64,000 bases of DNA from Botryllus schlosseri. Its lineage: Eukaryota. The notes below the pieces were generated by a model. That model saw only the letters and a list, made by a program, of their open reading frames with translations. It made no database searches and was not told where the DNA came from. A program made the translations under genes and the position numbers. Of the stretch, positions 52,501 through 63,996 are shown piece after piece. Position 1 is the stretch's first letter. Each line of letters starts with the position of its first letter. The DNA lies in assembly GCA_051294905.1 (NCBI GenBank), contig CM119378.1, positions 1,488,001-1,552,000 on the forward strand, in the 5' to 3' direction.

Positions 52501-55500
52501 TGCTGGTTCTGGACATTCAACAAAACCTGTCTGTTCAACAGCAAAGAGTTGAACAGCAGATGTAACGGCCACGCGCATTTCATTAGCTTCCACGGCCCCG
52601 TAGTTTTGGAATTGCGCGCGCCAACAAAGTCGTTTACAAGCTGGCGTCCGCTTTTTGGGATCAAATACTCGTATATTACTCCTGAATCTTCCTTGCTGTT
52701 TAGTTGTACCGGTAAGTGGAGAGGTGGCGCGGATTCGCAGTATTAGAATTGTGGACGTATCCAGTCCAGAGGTGAGAATCCAAATTATCCTCAATAGGTT
52801 CTATCACAACGTATTGATTTGCAGTCACAAAACTTCGTGCATCATTATGCAGAAAAACAGTCTTTTTTATATATAGCATACGACAGAACTTTGCCCATAT
52901 TAAAACAACTCTAGTTATCGGGAAAAAAATGCAGTCACCCATTGGCGGTATAACCGGTAATGGTAACCGGTTTGCTATTGTCGTGAAATTTCACGAGGTG
53001 GCTATACAGAACCTGCTTAATCTCCTCATTCAGTATAGTATTTCTTGCGCGTACCAAGAGATGTGGAGCGGATTCTGTTGCCATTTTCTACTTGATTTCA
53101 GCTCTAAATGCGTGTCCGAAAGTGGACAAAGGATCGAATTCCGCAGCGGACAACGCGACGATGACAGTTCCCAGCGTGGGAGAGACGAAGTGCCCGCATT
53201 TGTATGCAGGTGCTCTCATTGCTGTGGATGTGTTTTTATCGATTATACTCCTCATCCAGGGCGTAATGTGAGTCATTAAGTATCTTTGATGATAATCGCA
53301 GAACTACACAAATCCAAAGACCTCGTTTCAATTATACTTAACCTTTACGAGTTATCCATTCATTCGTTCATTGATATTTATTGACTCCTCCAATCGAACC
53401 CGCACGGCGCCGCCTTGACCTAGAACAGGGCCGGGCAGCATACGGCCCGCGGACCGGACCTGACACGTGACGGAATTTTGAGCGGCATTTATACAGTTTC
53501 CGGTAATACATGATGTGGTCTGCGGTCTAGTCTGTCGCAATCCCCCAGTATTAGCTGGCTACATCACATTATGGTGACCGTAGGTTATTTATTAGGTCTT
53601 TGTTTTCTTTATATTGAATGTGTCACTGAATGATTTCAAGTTTGCCAACGTGAGAAAGATGGCCATGACACTAATTGGCCCGTTCGGGTATACATACATT
53701 TTCGAGCATGTTCGACCATGAACAATAACATCAACTTGGATACGAACACGAACCAGCTAATAACATTAACAAGGCGATGCTGCTTTCTAATTGGTGCATT
53801 TCAATCTAACGGATGTTAATGCGCTGTCTTTGCTAAGGGTTTTTACGTTTGCCGAGTTCTAAGAACTTGTTCACAACTTTGATCGACCACAGATATCTGA
53901 TAGACTCCAACAGCTATAATCTAAGTACATTAAGTCGGTAAATTAATTGCATACTGTATTGGTCTCTATGCTTCAAACTGAAGTTTACACATTAAATACG
54001 ATTTATTCCTTGTATAGGTGGATGAATACGCGATTAATGTATCGTTTCAAGAATCCGGCCCGCCAAGTACCTAATTTTCCCGTATCAGGCCCGCCGAAAG
54101 TAGATGTTGCATGCCACTGACTTAGGACATGTAAATAAGACACGTGTATATAATGAATGTAGAGTAAAAGAATATGAAATGGGTTCCCAAATTAGGGGTC
54201 CGCTTCGAGTTGACCTTTTTAGTAGTCTCTGCATAGTCGCCTTACACTGAAAACAACGAGAGATGACGGATTGCAAAAAATAGAGTATGTGGGCGTCCTC
54301 GGAGGACGTTTTAGTTTTTATTGAAAAAGAGGACAAACCCTCTTTAAAGAGGGCATATGATATATGAGATTGTACTTTTACCGAGACTTATAGGCAAGAC
54401 GTAGTATTTATTTCTCAAAAATATAATGGTGTACTCAACATACATGCTGAATTGCTGTTTTAAAAAAGGATTTCAAACGAATTGTCGTACCTTCTTATAT
54501 AGTTGTTATTGCAAACAGTGTTCGGCGTTCTGTGCTTTTGTACATGCGATGATCTGTCGCAAGTTCTCTGGCGCAATTTCGAATTTAACAGACCTATTAT
54601 CTGGACGTTCGTATATATTTCAAAGATATTTTGTGTATAGAATTTCTCGAACTCGTAAAAGATATCATTCTTCATTGTCAAAAGTCAAGTGTAGGCCTAC
54701 CGCAAAGTATTCGTGGGCTGAATCTGAAAAATGAACTTGATCTGTTGCTTATTTGTCTGTTTTTATAATTTTGCCTGCAGCTACTACCAAGGAAATGTGA
54801 AACATCATCCGACTCAAAGTGGCAATTATACTTCTGTTTTACTTGCCGACAAACATCTCTTCTTTATGGGTGTTGAAAACGGGGTTGTAATCTAACTTTT
54901 ATAGTTTTTACTCGAATCAAGTCGAGTCTCGAATCAAGTCGAGTCAATCTGACTCACCACCGAGTCAAGTCCGAGTCCAAGTCGGGGAGTAGAGGGTCGA
55001 TATCGAGTCCAAGTCATCGCGTTCACTGTTCAGTTTTGAGTTCAATCCGGTTCAACCCACTTTTTCAACTCTGCTCGAGTGATTTAGAATGGCTCGCATT
55101 CATAACATCGTATTTTTCTTCAGTCGTAAGAGTTTCTGACTCCCATTTTCCAAGTATCAGGACTGATAGACGAATTGCCAATAATGTGGCGACTCCTCTT
55201 CTGTAGAAGTTACAATGAAATGTCTGTCGTGGCCGTCCTATAGTCTCGGGTCATACGACTTGCTTCGAGTCATGTAAACAATAGACGGGTCAATACAAAA
55301 ATTGACTCGAGTCGAACTATTTTACGCATTTAAAAAAAGGACTTTAGTTACATCGAGTCACCAAAAAATTGTGACTCGAGTCATTACAACAAGGGTTGGA
55401 AATATGGTAACCCTCAAATTCAGTATGCTTGTGAAATCTTGAAATCTGGCTCACTGTGAGTCGCGGTAATATTTGCCCGACAATCAACTCGATTTTTGCG

Positions 55501-55829
55501 TTTTCTTTCCAAGAAATTCGCGTTGCTGTAGGCCTACTCCAAGTCCAAAGTATTGTCACCTCGATGAAGAGGGTAAGGGCGAGGTGATGTCACGCGATGT
55601 ACAAGACTCGGCCGGAGACCAGCCTTCGTCTTGTCCGGACAGCGTCAGCCAGGAGACTACAGACTGTCACGCGGGAGGCGATAGTGCCCAATCATCGCAC
55701 GCCGATGTCGTGATGCAGCACGCGCCAGCAGTTGAGACCGCCGTTAGTTCCGCGAGTGACATAATTGCGGTCGATGACGCAGCGGCTGATAAGCCGCTGG
55801 ATGCGAGCGAGTCCGGGCCGAGTGGATAA
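49524..55829 (+). CDS. Gene B: divergent CUB-domain single-pass membrane protein (~327 aa); exons 49524-49566, 49725-49913, 52457-52711, 53102-53262, 54781-54818, 55532-55829
   Basis: SP MFTFTLISLAVAMTG; CUB-like C..DGILDVPGLY....CWNI...VLIEILDL...RCNG..ISFHGPVVLELRA...FGIKYSY split over two phase-1 exons; hydrophobic AGALIAVDVFLSIILLIQGLL then PRK; GC-richer acidic tail with KYCHL. The last two junctions are less certain (weak gtggca donor). Confidence 0.65.
50351..51017. mobile_element. Non-autonomous DNA element with GGGCGATT TIRs
   Basis: ta then gggtgattt ... aaatcgccc then ta; reverse-complement homolog at 63212-63996. Confidence 0.75.
53426..54119 (+). mobile_element. Second copy of the 16.1-kb hAT derivative
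   Basis: Colinear similarity to 16091-16627; TSD acctagaa / acttagga. Confidence 0.8.
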
Positions 55830-55984
55830 ATGTTTGGGTGAGTGGCAGATATTTAATATTTTCACATCCGAACGCTGATCCGGTTTTCAAATTCAAATCT
55901 AAGTTGAATCCGCTGAGTTAATTTCGTCTCATTCTTATATTGACTGAAATTCAGTCTTATGCAATCTACTGGAGATTCTATGCG

Positions 55985-56330
55985 CAGGACTAGAACTACC
56001 CATTTTTTAAAAGTCCGCAGTTAGCACTCGTCTATATCTACTCGCTTTTCAACATCTGAGACTAGAGCTAAAACTACTTACTTTTGACGATTCGCAATTA
56101 GAACAAAATCTAGAACTATTCACTTTTCAAAATCTGCGACTAAAACTAGAAATAGAACTCCTTACTTTTGAAGATCCGCAACTAACAAAAGCTAGAACTA
56201 CTCGCTTCCAAATCCGCCACCAGAACTAGAAATAGAACTAAAACGACTGTACTTTAGAAGATCCGCAACTGGAATTAGAACTAAATCTATTCACTTTTCA
56301 AAATCTGCAACTGAAACTACTCAGAAACCA
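55985..56330 (+). repeat. Dispersed ~35-45-bp minisatellite (CTAGAACTA..CTTTTCAAAATCCGCAA); related copies 2110-2240 (+) and ~42990-43180 (-)
   Basis: About eight degenerate tandem units visible. Confidence 0.75.
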
Positions 56331-57139
56331 GTAGTTGGTTGACCGTGAAGTAATTAGATTAGTAGTTTGTGCAAGTCTTCTGAAATTATAGTTAAAAGTG
56401 TCTTGCAAATTGAAAAGTATCAGAAATTTTATAAACCGGTCCAAATCCAGCTTCATTATAATCGCAAATCCATACCCGATCCAAATCTGGTCTAATAGAT
56501 CTTTAGTGATTTAAGTCGGGTTTGAACGATTTTCAAATGGCTTATCGATAACGTTATTTCACAGGTTTCCTAGAATCTGCTGATATCTGAATGCCGACGA
56601 AAAGATGCTGTTTCGACTACTATCGCGACCGTTCCTTGTTTTGAAATATACACATTTGAGTGTGTTCGATGCTTCCTACTATTGCAGCGTAGCCTGTATT
56701 GGGTTATGGTTAGGACCGGGCAGAATCGCGCACCTGCGTAACATGAAGAATATACTGCCAGTTCTACATCATATCATTAAATAGGATTTTATTTCGATCA
56801 CACATGGCTATTTCATAGTACTTCTTGACAATGACGTGGGTTGATCACGACTTAACAAATAGGAGGCTATGACATGGTCAGCAACATGCGTAGCTATGTG
56901 AAGGCCTACTATGTATGCTCGATTGCTCGTATGCTGCAATCGGGCCAGCCGCGGTTTCAAGACTTATAATGATGGTATCGAGACTATAATTTCCGTTGAC
57001 AAATTGGCTATTGGTAGCAAGTAGCGTATAATTTCAATACTCTGACACTCGAGTATGATTTGAGTGCCACTCGAAATCATTATGTCCAGTCCAGGCCTAT
57101 TTATGAGTATATGACAAGCTCGTGAATGAACAATACGTT

Positions 57140-57693
57140 GCGCTACACACCTACATTTTAACGGCGGTATACCTAGAAAGCTACTTACAAATCAAGACCA
57201 TGGATCGCTATGGCGTTGTTTGTTATTTGAATTTCTAATTGTGAATGTCACATCCAAGGCATCTCATTTCTCGTCGTGGATCAGGAAGACAATGTGTATT
57301 TGAAAACTGCATTGAAATACAAGCGTCGACCTCGCCATGTCTGCTATACTCTTTGATCAATGAAGTTGTCGTGCAATCCATAATTTCGTGGATCGAATTC
57401 GCGAGTGATGTTAGTCGCCGCCGCGACAGCAATTTGAAATGTTGAGATTTTGAAGGGATACGAGAAAGGAAAGGGGGATACGAGACCCCAACCCTGGATA
57501 ACCTACTGTCTTGACCTCTCAAAAGACATGTTTAGGCTGCCACGAGAATAATTATTCTGGGCGTAATGGGAATTAACTAATAAGTTGCTGCAATATTACT
57601 AAATTCATTACAAAATTGGAATATGTTTAAGAGCCATATCTTATGCCCAAAAGAGCCATATATGGCTCGCGAGCCATAAGTTCCCGACCACTG
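57140..57693 (-). mobile_element. Truncated inverted copy of the left ~550 bp of the 58476 hAT element
   Basis: Reverse complement aligns with 58476-59030; TIR ends at 57693. Confidence 0.85.
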
Positions 57694-58475
57694 TTCTATA
57701 GTGACGACAGAAAAGGAAAGCAAGTGATTATTAGGAGCTGGAACAGCTTTTTTAAAAGCGCTCTGGTTTTGTGCACTGATTTGAGATGTTATTTCCGAAC
57801 AATCTGAAGTTCTCGAAAGCGCAACATGTGACGCAGGGGTTCTCATTCTCAACATGGGCCATGAGCCCTTGGTCATAGGAAATTACGAAATTGTCGTCTC
57901 AAGTCTACTTCACGATAACAAATGTAATATGTTGAAATGTAAGCTGCAATAAGAGACATGAAACTGCCATGAGACTTTTTCATGGCGGGGGGCAGAAACT
58001 ATTACAAAATTAATGTCTCTAAGTATACTTCACTATAACAAATGAAATATGTTGAAATGTAAGCTGCAATAACAGACGGCATCCCGATTGAGCTCTGGGA
58101 CATAAACTTTGAACATGTTCCTGGCCTAACTAGGAAGTTATCGAAGCTTAAGGTAATTGTCATGCCATTACTTCTGAAGCACAATTTCTTGGGTATTCTG
58201 TGTGTTGCTGTTCTTTTCGTTCGCAAGTTTTCATTTCCTAATTAATTTTATTACTTATCTATTCCGATAATTGCTTATGGCATGGGTTGCTCGGCTTTGA
58301 AGTCTTTATCATATCTAGCCTCTCGTCTACCCTGCATGTCGCATTTCAAAGTGTTGCATTTTAGATGTGTGTGATGTTGACTTGTAATGTGGACAATTAA
58401 ATATTTCTCTCTCTTTAATATGAGATTCGGCAGGCTCTTTCTATTTTTATTATCTATTCTGATAATTGCTTATGG

Positions 58476-59544
58476 CAGTGGTCGGGAACCTATGGCTCGC
58501 GAGCCATATACGGCTCTTTTGAGCATAAGATATTGCTCTTTAACAAATTTTAATTTTGCAATTAATTTATCACTGTTGCAGCTACTTGTTAGTGTATTAT
58601 CATAGCGGCCAGATAATTATTCTCGTGACGGCATAAATATATCCTTGAGTGGTCAAGCTCAAGAGAGTGAGCATCCTGGGTTCGGGGCTCGTATCCCCCT
58701 TTTCAAAATCTTCAAATTTATGTTTCTGTCGCGTCGGCGACTTACATCACTCACAAATTCGATGTAACCGACATCGCGCGCCTCGAAATCTTGGATTGCA
58801 CGATACCTTGATTGATCAAAGAGACAAGCAGACATGACGACGCTTGTATGGCAATGTAGTTTTCAAATACCCATTTTCTTCCTCATCTACGCCGAGAAAT
58901 TAACTGACTTGGACGTGACATTCACCATTATAAATTCAAATTAAAAACAGCGACATAACTATGTTCTTGATTTGTACGTAGCTTTCTAATACCGCCGTTA
59001 AAATATAGGTGTGTAGCGCAACGTTTTGTTAGCCGAATACTAAATAGGTCGATCAATAATCAAATATTCGGAATCAGTGAGCCAATTAGGCCGACATTCG
59101 ATCGATATGAATGATTGTAAATTGTGAGCTACTTACGACGAATACCGCTATCACAGGTACGGCTTGACCCATCTGCGCCCTACCTGTGCCTTACCTCTTC
59201 TATCGCGCTATATTTTCGAATGACAAATTGGAAAATTCCTTGATTTTGGAAGTTGAAATGTTCATAATCTAGTCATTCATAAACATCGATAGAAGATACC
59301 AATACATTGAAAGTTTCGAGGTGTGTACTGCTGTAGTAATCATGTTTGGTTTCACCTACACATGTGAGCAGAGGAAATATGGTGCACACTACGAATGTCA
59401 TGTATAGCCTACTAGTGGTACCAATACGTCACGAATTCTCAATTGTGACGTAACAGTTGGTTGACATTTAAGGCTCTCTTGAAGTTGCAATTGCAAATAT
59501 TGGGTCAATATGGCTCTTTGGTCGAAAAAGGTTCCCGACCACTG
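58476..59544 (+). mobile_element. hAT (Buster/Charlie-type) derivative with perfect TSD
   Basis: TIR CAGTGGTCGGGAACC / GGTTCCCGACCACTG; TSD GCTTATGG both sides; MFGFTYTCEQ remnant near 59341. Confidence 0.9.
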
Positions 59545-59584
59545 GCTTATGGCATGGGTTGCTCGGCTTTGAAGACTTTGCCAG

Positions 59585-60600
59585 ATCTATCCACCAAACC
59601 AGACATCACGACACTATCAGAGCAACAAATCTCCATCGTCGCATATACTGAATAAGTAATAACAGAACTATAATTAATGTACTGTCATGTTAATTAAATG
59701 TTGCTTTTATACCATTCCATCATACCAACTACCAGTTACTGTATAAACCAGTTTTTAATTGAAATAACAACCCCTGATGTAGGCTATTAAATTTTTCAGA
59801 AGATGAAGTCACTCCTGAAAATCCGATGACCTACTCCACTAGCACAAGTCCCACTATCCACACCTCAGCACGCCCTGTTAGCGAAAAGCTTTCACGCATT
59901 CAAACGAAATGGATCTCATCTACAGTTACCACAGTGAGATGTTCGAATATGATAATATCTGTAAAGTATATTTCTGCTTTCATTTCGTTTTGGTGTTCGC
60001 GTATAATGGCATTTTTACACTAAACACCGAATTACCAAGTACTGAAGGCAGATACGGAACAGACAGTCATCATATTTCAATCACGCGCCTTAGATGATCA
60101 AGATTTTAGACCTACAAGACTAGATTAAGGCTATGCTGGTGTATATTTGATGCTGTTATTTTGGTATATATGGTGCGTCGACTACATTTGTCATTTCAGA
60201 CCAGGCCGATATTATATTTCATGATTCGTGATCTGATTGCTGTCGATTACCCTTGAGGAGCGTTAACCGAAAATGTTCAATATGAATATATAATTCAATT
60301 GCATAATATATATTATCATTGCAATATTTGCTAATCGTTTGTCTGATGTGTTTGCGAGCTTCGAGTCCCGTGCTTTGATCTGGTCATCTACGGTCTCGTC
60401 ATCACACGCGTTTTGTCGATTGTGAAAACGGATCAGACAACTCGTGAGTATCGGAAAGTATAGAAAGCGTATGTTTTCAGGAAGTTGACTACGCGTACTC
60501 ACTACTCATCGTGACACCCAGCGAATGAGAAACAGTATACCGAAGACGGCTCATCGACGTGCATTCAACCGACTGCGTCTATGTAGCGATGAATGTCAGA
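59585..60600 (+). pseudogene. Decayed gene-A-like fragments
   Basis: From 59800, atttttcag then EDEVTPENPMTYSTSTSP..SARPVSEKLSRI is clearly paralogous to gene A 41737 (ENEVAPENPMTTKSP..SARPVDERLSST) but has no phase-1 donor. Weaker hints: S/T piece 59585-59655 ending in a stop; ENGSDNS plus gtgagt near 60425-60452 resembling gene A QNGSDK plus gtgagt. Confidence 0.5.
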
Positions 60601-60644
60601 TGAATATTTGAAGAACTTGGAGATACAGAGCTTCAATAAACAAT

Positions 60645-60869
60645 TGAATAATATATCCATATTGAAATAAACTCGAATATTTTCGACTGACACTCGTTAG
60701 GGGTTACCCGCAACAACTAGTAGAGAATTGAAAGGGACTTTTTATATCAAAATTCCGATCACCAAATAGGACTTCACTGGCATGAATTCCCTATTATGTG
60801 CTGACGATTACCCCTGACGAGTGTCAGCCGAAAATATTCGGGTTATTATCAATATGAATTTAATATTCA
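60645..60869. mobile_element. Palindromic MITE (TGAATA..ATTCATATTG family); full copies also 12451-12596 and 45618-45742; arms at ~1120-1190, 4860-4930, 6243-6300, 23240-23325, 25815-25865, 39955-40035, 41440-41515
   Basis: ~70-bp arm ATATTCATATTGAAATAAACCCGAATATTTTCGGCTGACACTCGTCAGGGG recurring about ten times in both orientations. Confidence 0.85.
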
Positions 60870-61522
60870 ATTCATGTTTGACTTGGCGAGGTTGAGAAGC
60901 AGGCCTTCAGAGGTGGTCAGTAGCGAAGCACCTTTAAGTTTTCCAAGCACTCGCGTAGTTTTTGCCTACTTGCACTGTACTTAGACTCATGTTTTAGATT
61001 ATTTCCGTTCATAATTTATAGATTTTTGGGCAGAACTACGTGCATTTCACACTTTGGACTGAGTAAAGTAAAATGCAAATTTGGGGCACGTTTGCGTTAC
61101 GTTTATGCGTGAGATTGCAATTGCAACTGCTCGAAACAGCCCTACGTCAAGGTAGCATGAATATATTTTCGGAAAAGGTACCAATTTGTGTAGCTCTGTT
61201 GGTAATTTTGCGTTACCAGTGAAGATGCAACCGGGATCTTCGTAAGTGGTAACATCCGACTGACTGCTAAAAGCATGTGAACCATCGAGCAAAATCTACG
61301 TTTTGAAACGATTAACTTGTATAGTTTTCAGAGCATCATTATCTTCTCTCGAAGTTATTTTGACGTTGGTCCTAAATTGATACCTCAACCCGTAATTGAG
61401 TAGAAGTTTGCGATGTTACTAATCGCGTTTCTCTTTACAGTTCATGGTGGAGTCCTATTCTCATTTAATTCTGCTCCTAAATCTGCATGGAAAGATTTGA
61501 ATGCATCCGTCCTGCTCGACAA

Positions 61523-62603
61523 ATGACCGTACACGCTTTAGCAGTTCTTATGTTAGCGACAGGTAGGATGCACGTAAAACAAATGCCATGTTACAATACC
61601 CATACGTGTTACCTACACAGCAGACTCTAAATCGATCAAGCATCCACTAAGGTTGTATTTAAAACAAGTAGCGCTTTAAAGCACTTTGCTTAAAACGTGT
61701 TTTAAACAATGTTTTAAATAAATGACATTTTAAAAATGATGTATTTTTTAAAAAGTTGTATAATCATTTCATAATTGCGTAAATACTTCCGAAAAAACGG
61801 GCGGACTGAGCCTTCGGATGACTTGCGCCAGATGTAGTAGATATAGGCTACCATATGGAATGGTTCAAACCCTACAAATTGTCGCAAGTTCAACGGTTAT
61901 ATAGTACGTAGATACATATCCGTAGAACGGAATGGGTGCTATGATGATGACCGCTGACCGTAAAAATATTAGATAAATGTGTAGTCCTGCTCAAATATTT
62001 TTTGTCGGTTTAAGAGGGTATTCAAGGAAAATCTTTTTCGTCGAAGGAGCCATATTGACTCTGTATTTTCTGTTGTTGTTAAGAGGCCATAAAACAATTT
62101 CAATCCATGGTGACGTCATAGTTGAAGATTCTTGACGTCATGGCTAACAAACAAAACATAAAATAAAAAACATTCTATAAACAAGGGCCCTGTTATAAAT
62201 ATGTTTGTTTTGAATTTATTTTTGTCTTAAATGCAACCCTACCTAAAGCGTGATGTTTGGTTCATTGACTTTTCCACGTCGTTTCGACTCCGTCCTATTT
62301 TACCATTGTATCCCAATCTTGGAGTGTTTTGAAATAATAAAAAAGTTTCATCATCTGAATCTGCATCTTGTATTCACAATCGTTCTCAACTTTAACGACA
62401 AGGTGGACTCTCTGACAATATTGGCAGTTGTAACTTCCACGAGCGCGTGAATACGACAGAGGGAGCAATTAATGGACCCCGAGGGAATGAGTTGGCTTGT
62501 TGGATCTTCGAACCACCGATCGAAAGCCCGAAGCAAGGACTTTTTATCCAAGTGAAAAGTGTCGATTTTAAAGAATACCCAGACGTCTCTTTCTACTTTG
62601 AAG
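61523..62603 (+). CDS. Gene C (5' part; continues beyond window): paralog of gene B; exons 61523-61562, 62403-62603
   Basis: SP MTVHALAVLMLATG with phase-1 gtagga donor; CUB first half CNFHERVNTTEGAINGPRGNELACWIFEP...GLFIQVKSVDF...FYFEG with the same exon boundaries as gene B 49725-49913. Confidence 0.65.
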
Positions 62604-63211
62604 GTAATAATCTCGGTGAGGTATGGCAACGCCAGAAAAATTGGATTTAAATTGTCGCTGTGGAATCAAAGTAGCTCATGTCCATTTTAAACATTCAGAG
62701 AAAATAAACTCTTTATCAAGTTTTTATTTTCTTTCGGCCATATCTTGGCCATGGTTAACTTTCAAACAATGTGAAAAACATAAACATGGCCGAAAAATAT
62801 GAAAATTTCACAAAAATATGAATTCTATCAGTTTAACACCCACCAAAAGGATCTCAAAATATGAAAAATGAAAATGAACTTTGATTCCGCCGCGACGAAA
62901 TTTTCAAATCCAACCCTTGTTCCTGATATAAACGCGAAATTTCGTATTCTGTAAGTTCCTTATTTTTTCGAGACACGCCAATATCCAAGTCTTAATCCGG
63001 TAATGAGTAAAATTTATTTGAAAGTCGCATCAATTTGGAAATTACTAGAGATTCCATGTCTTACGCCGACTATTTCCAAGCGTGCATCCCCTAGTTCAGT
63101 GGTTCTTTAACCGGCGTTCCGCGGAACAAGGCTCCTACCAGGAGACAGTCGCAGGGGTTTCGCGGAGCTCAAGACAGACACTTATAACTCATACATATTT
63201 TGCAATGATTT

Positions 63212-63996
63212 GGGCGATTTTGTTTTACCCAAAAACGGAATATTTTGATCTAAATAAATTTGAATTTTGACATTTTTTGACCTAAAAACACTTAATTTTG
63301 ACCAAATTTTGACACCACGTATGCAAATAAGATGTTTTCACACAGTGTTAAAATTGAACCACTTATCTCCATTTCTGGTTGGAACTGTCTGTCCCTGCGA
63401 AGTAGTTTGGCATGAAAAAACGTTTTTGACTTGAAAACTGACAATTTTTACATGAAAAAATGTTATTTTACCTGAATCTAGCCCTATGAAGAATTCCAGT
63501 AGTTACATCACGTATTATGGTGGAAATAATAAAAATTTGTTGTAATAAAATGAAAGATAGGCTACTTTCCTATATTCTAAGTAGCTTGTCATGAACGGAG
63601 AAAGAAGGTTCAACAGAAAAAGTTGTGGGCTGACAACACTGAAGTTGTGCGTACACTGCTGGTGACACACCGTGCTGCTTCATTCTGACAATGTTTTCTA
63701 CATCACAATTTTTCATCATGCGCTACTTGATATAAGAACCAGGCAATGTCCAAGCAGTCTTGCTTCAGTTAGGATATTGCGGTACGTTGACCATAACACC
63801 ATGTCAACCTATTTGTTTCGGTTGACCGTTTATGATTTGGAATGAGCAGACAATGAAGCGTCCACAACGGTAGGCTATAAGCTGTAAAATATCAAATGAA
63901 AAGTTCACCGACAGTGCAAAATCTACGATAGGCTACAAACGTAATGCAGGGGTCAACAAAATTATGACTTTTTTGACATGTCAAAACGAATCGCCC
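63212..63996. mobile_element. Second GGGCGATT-TIR element, inverted relative to 50351-51017
   Basis: gggcgattt ... gaatcgccc; interior is the reverse complement of ~50380-51010. Confidence 0.75.

Noticed and set aside
56605-56700. Ig-like motif DASYYCSV
   Set aside because: Short frame running into a MITE; no first Cys/Trp of an Ig fold and no splice sites.
1120-60869. CRISPR-like or regulatory repeat array from the recurring ATATTCATATTG unit
   Set aside because: Copies are dispersed, in both orientations and paired as TIRs; this is a eukaryotic MITE, not a repeat-spacer array.
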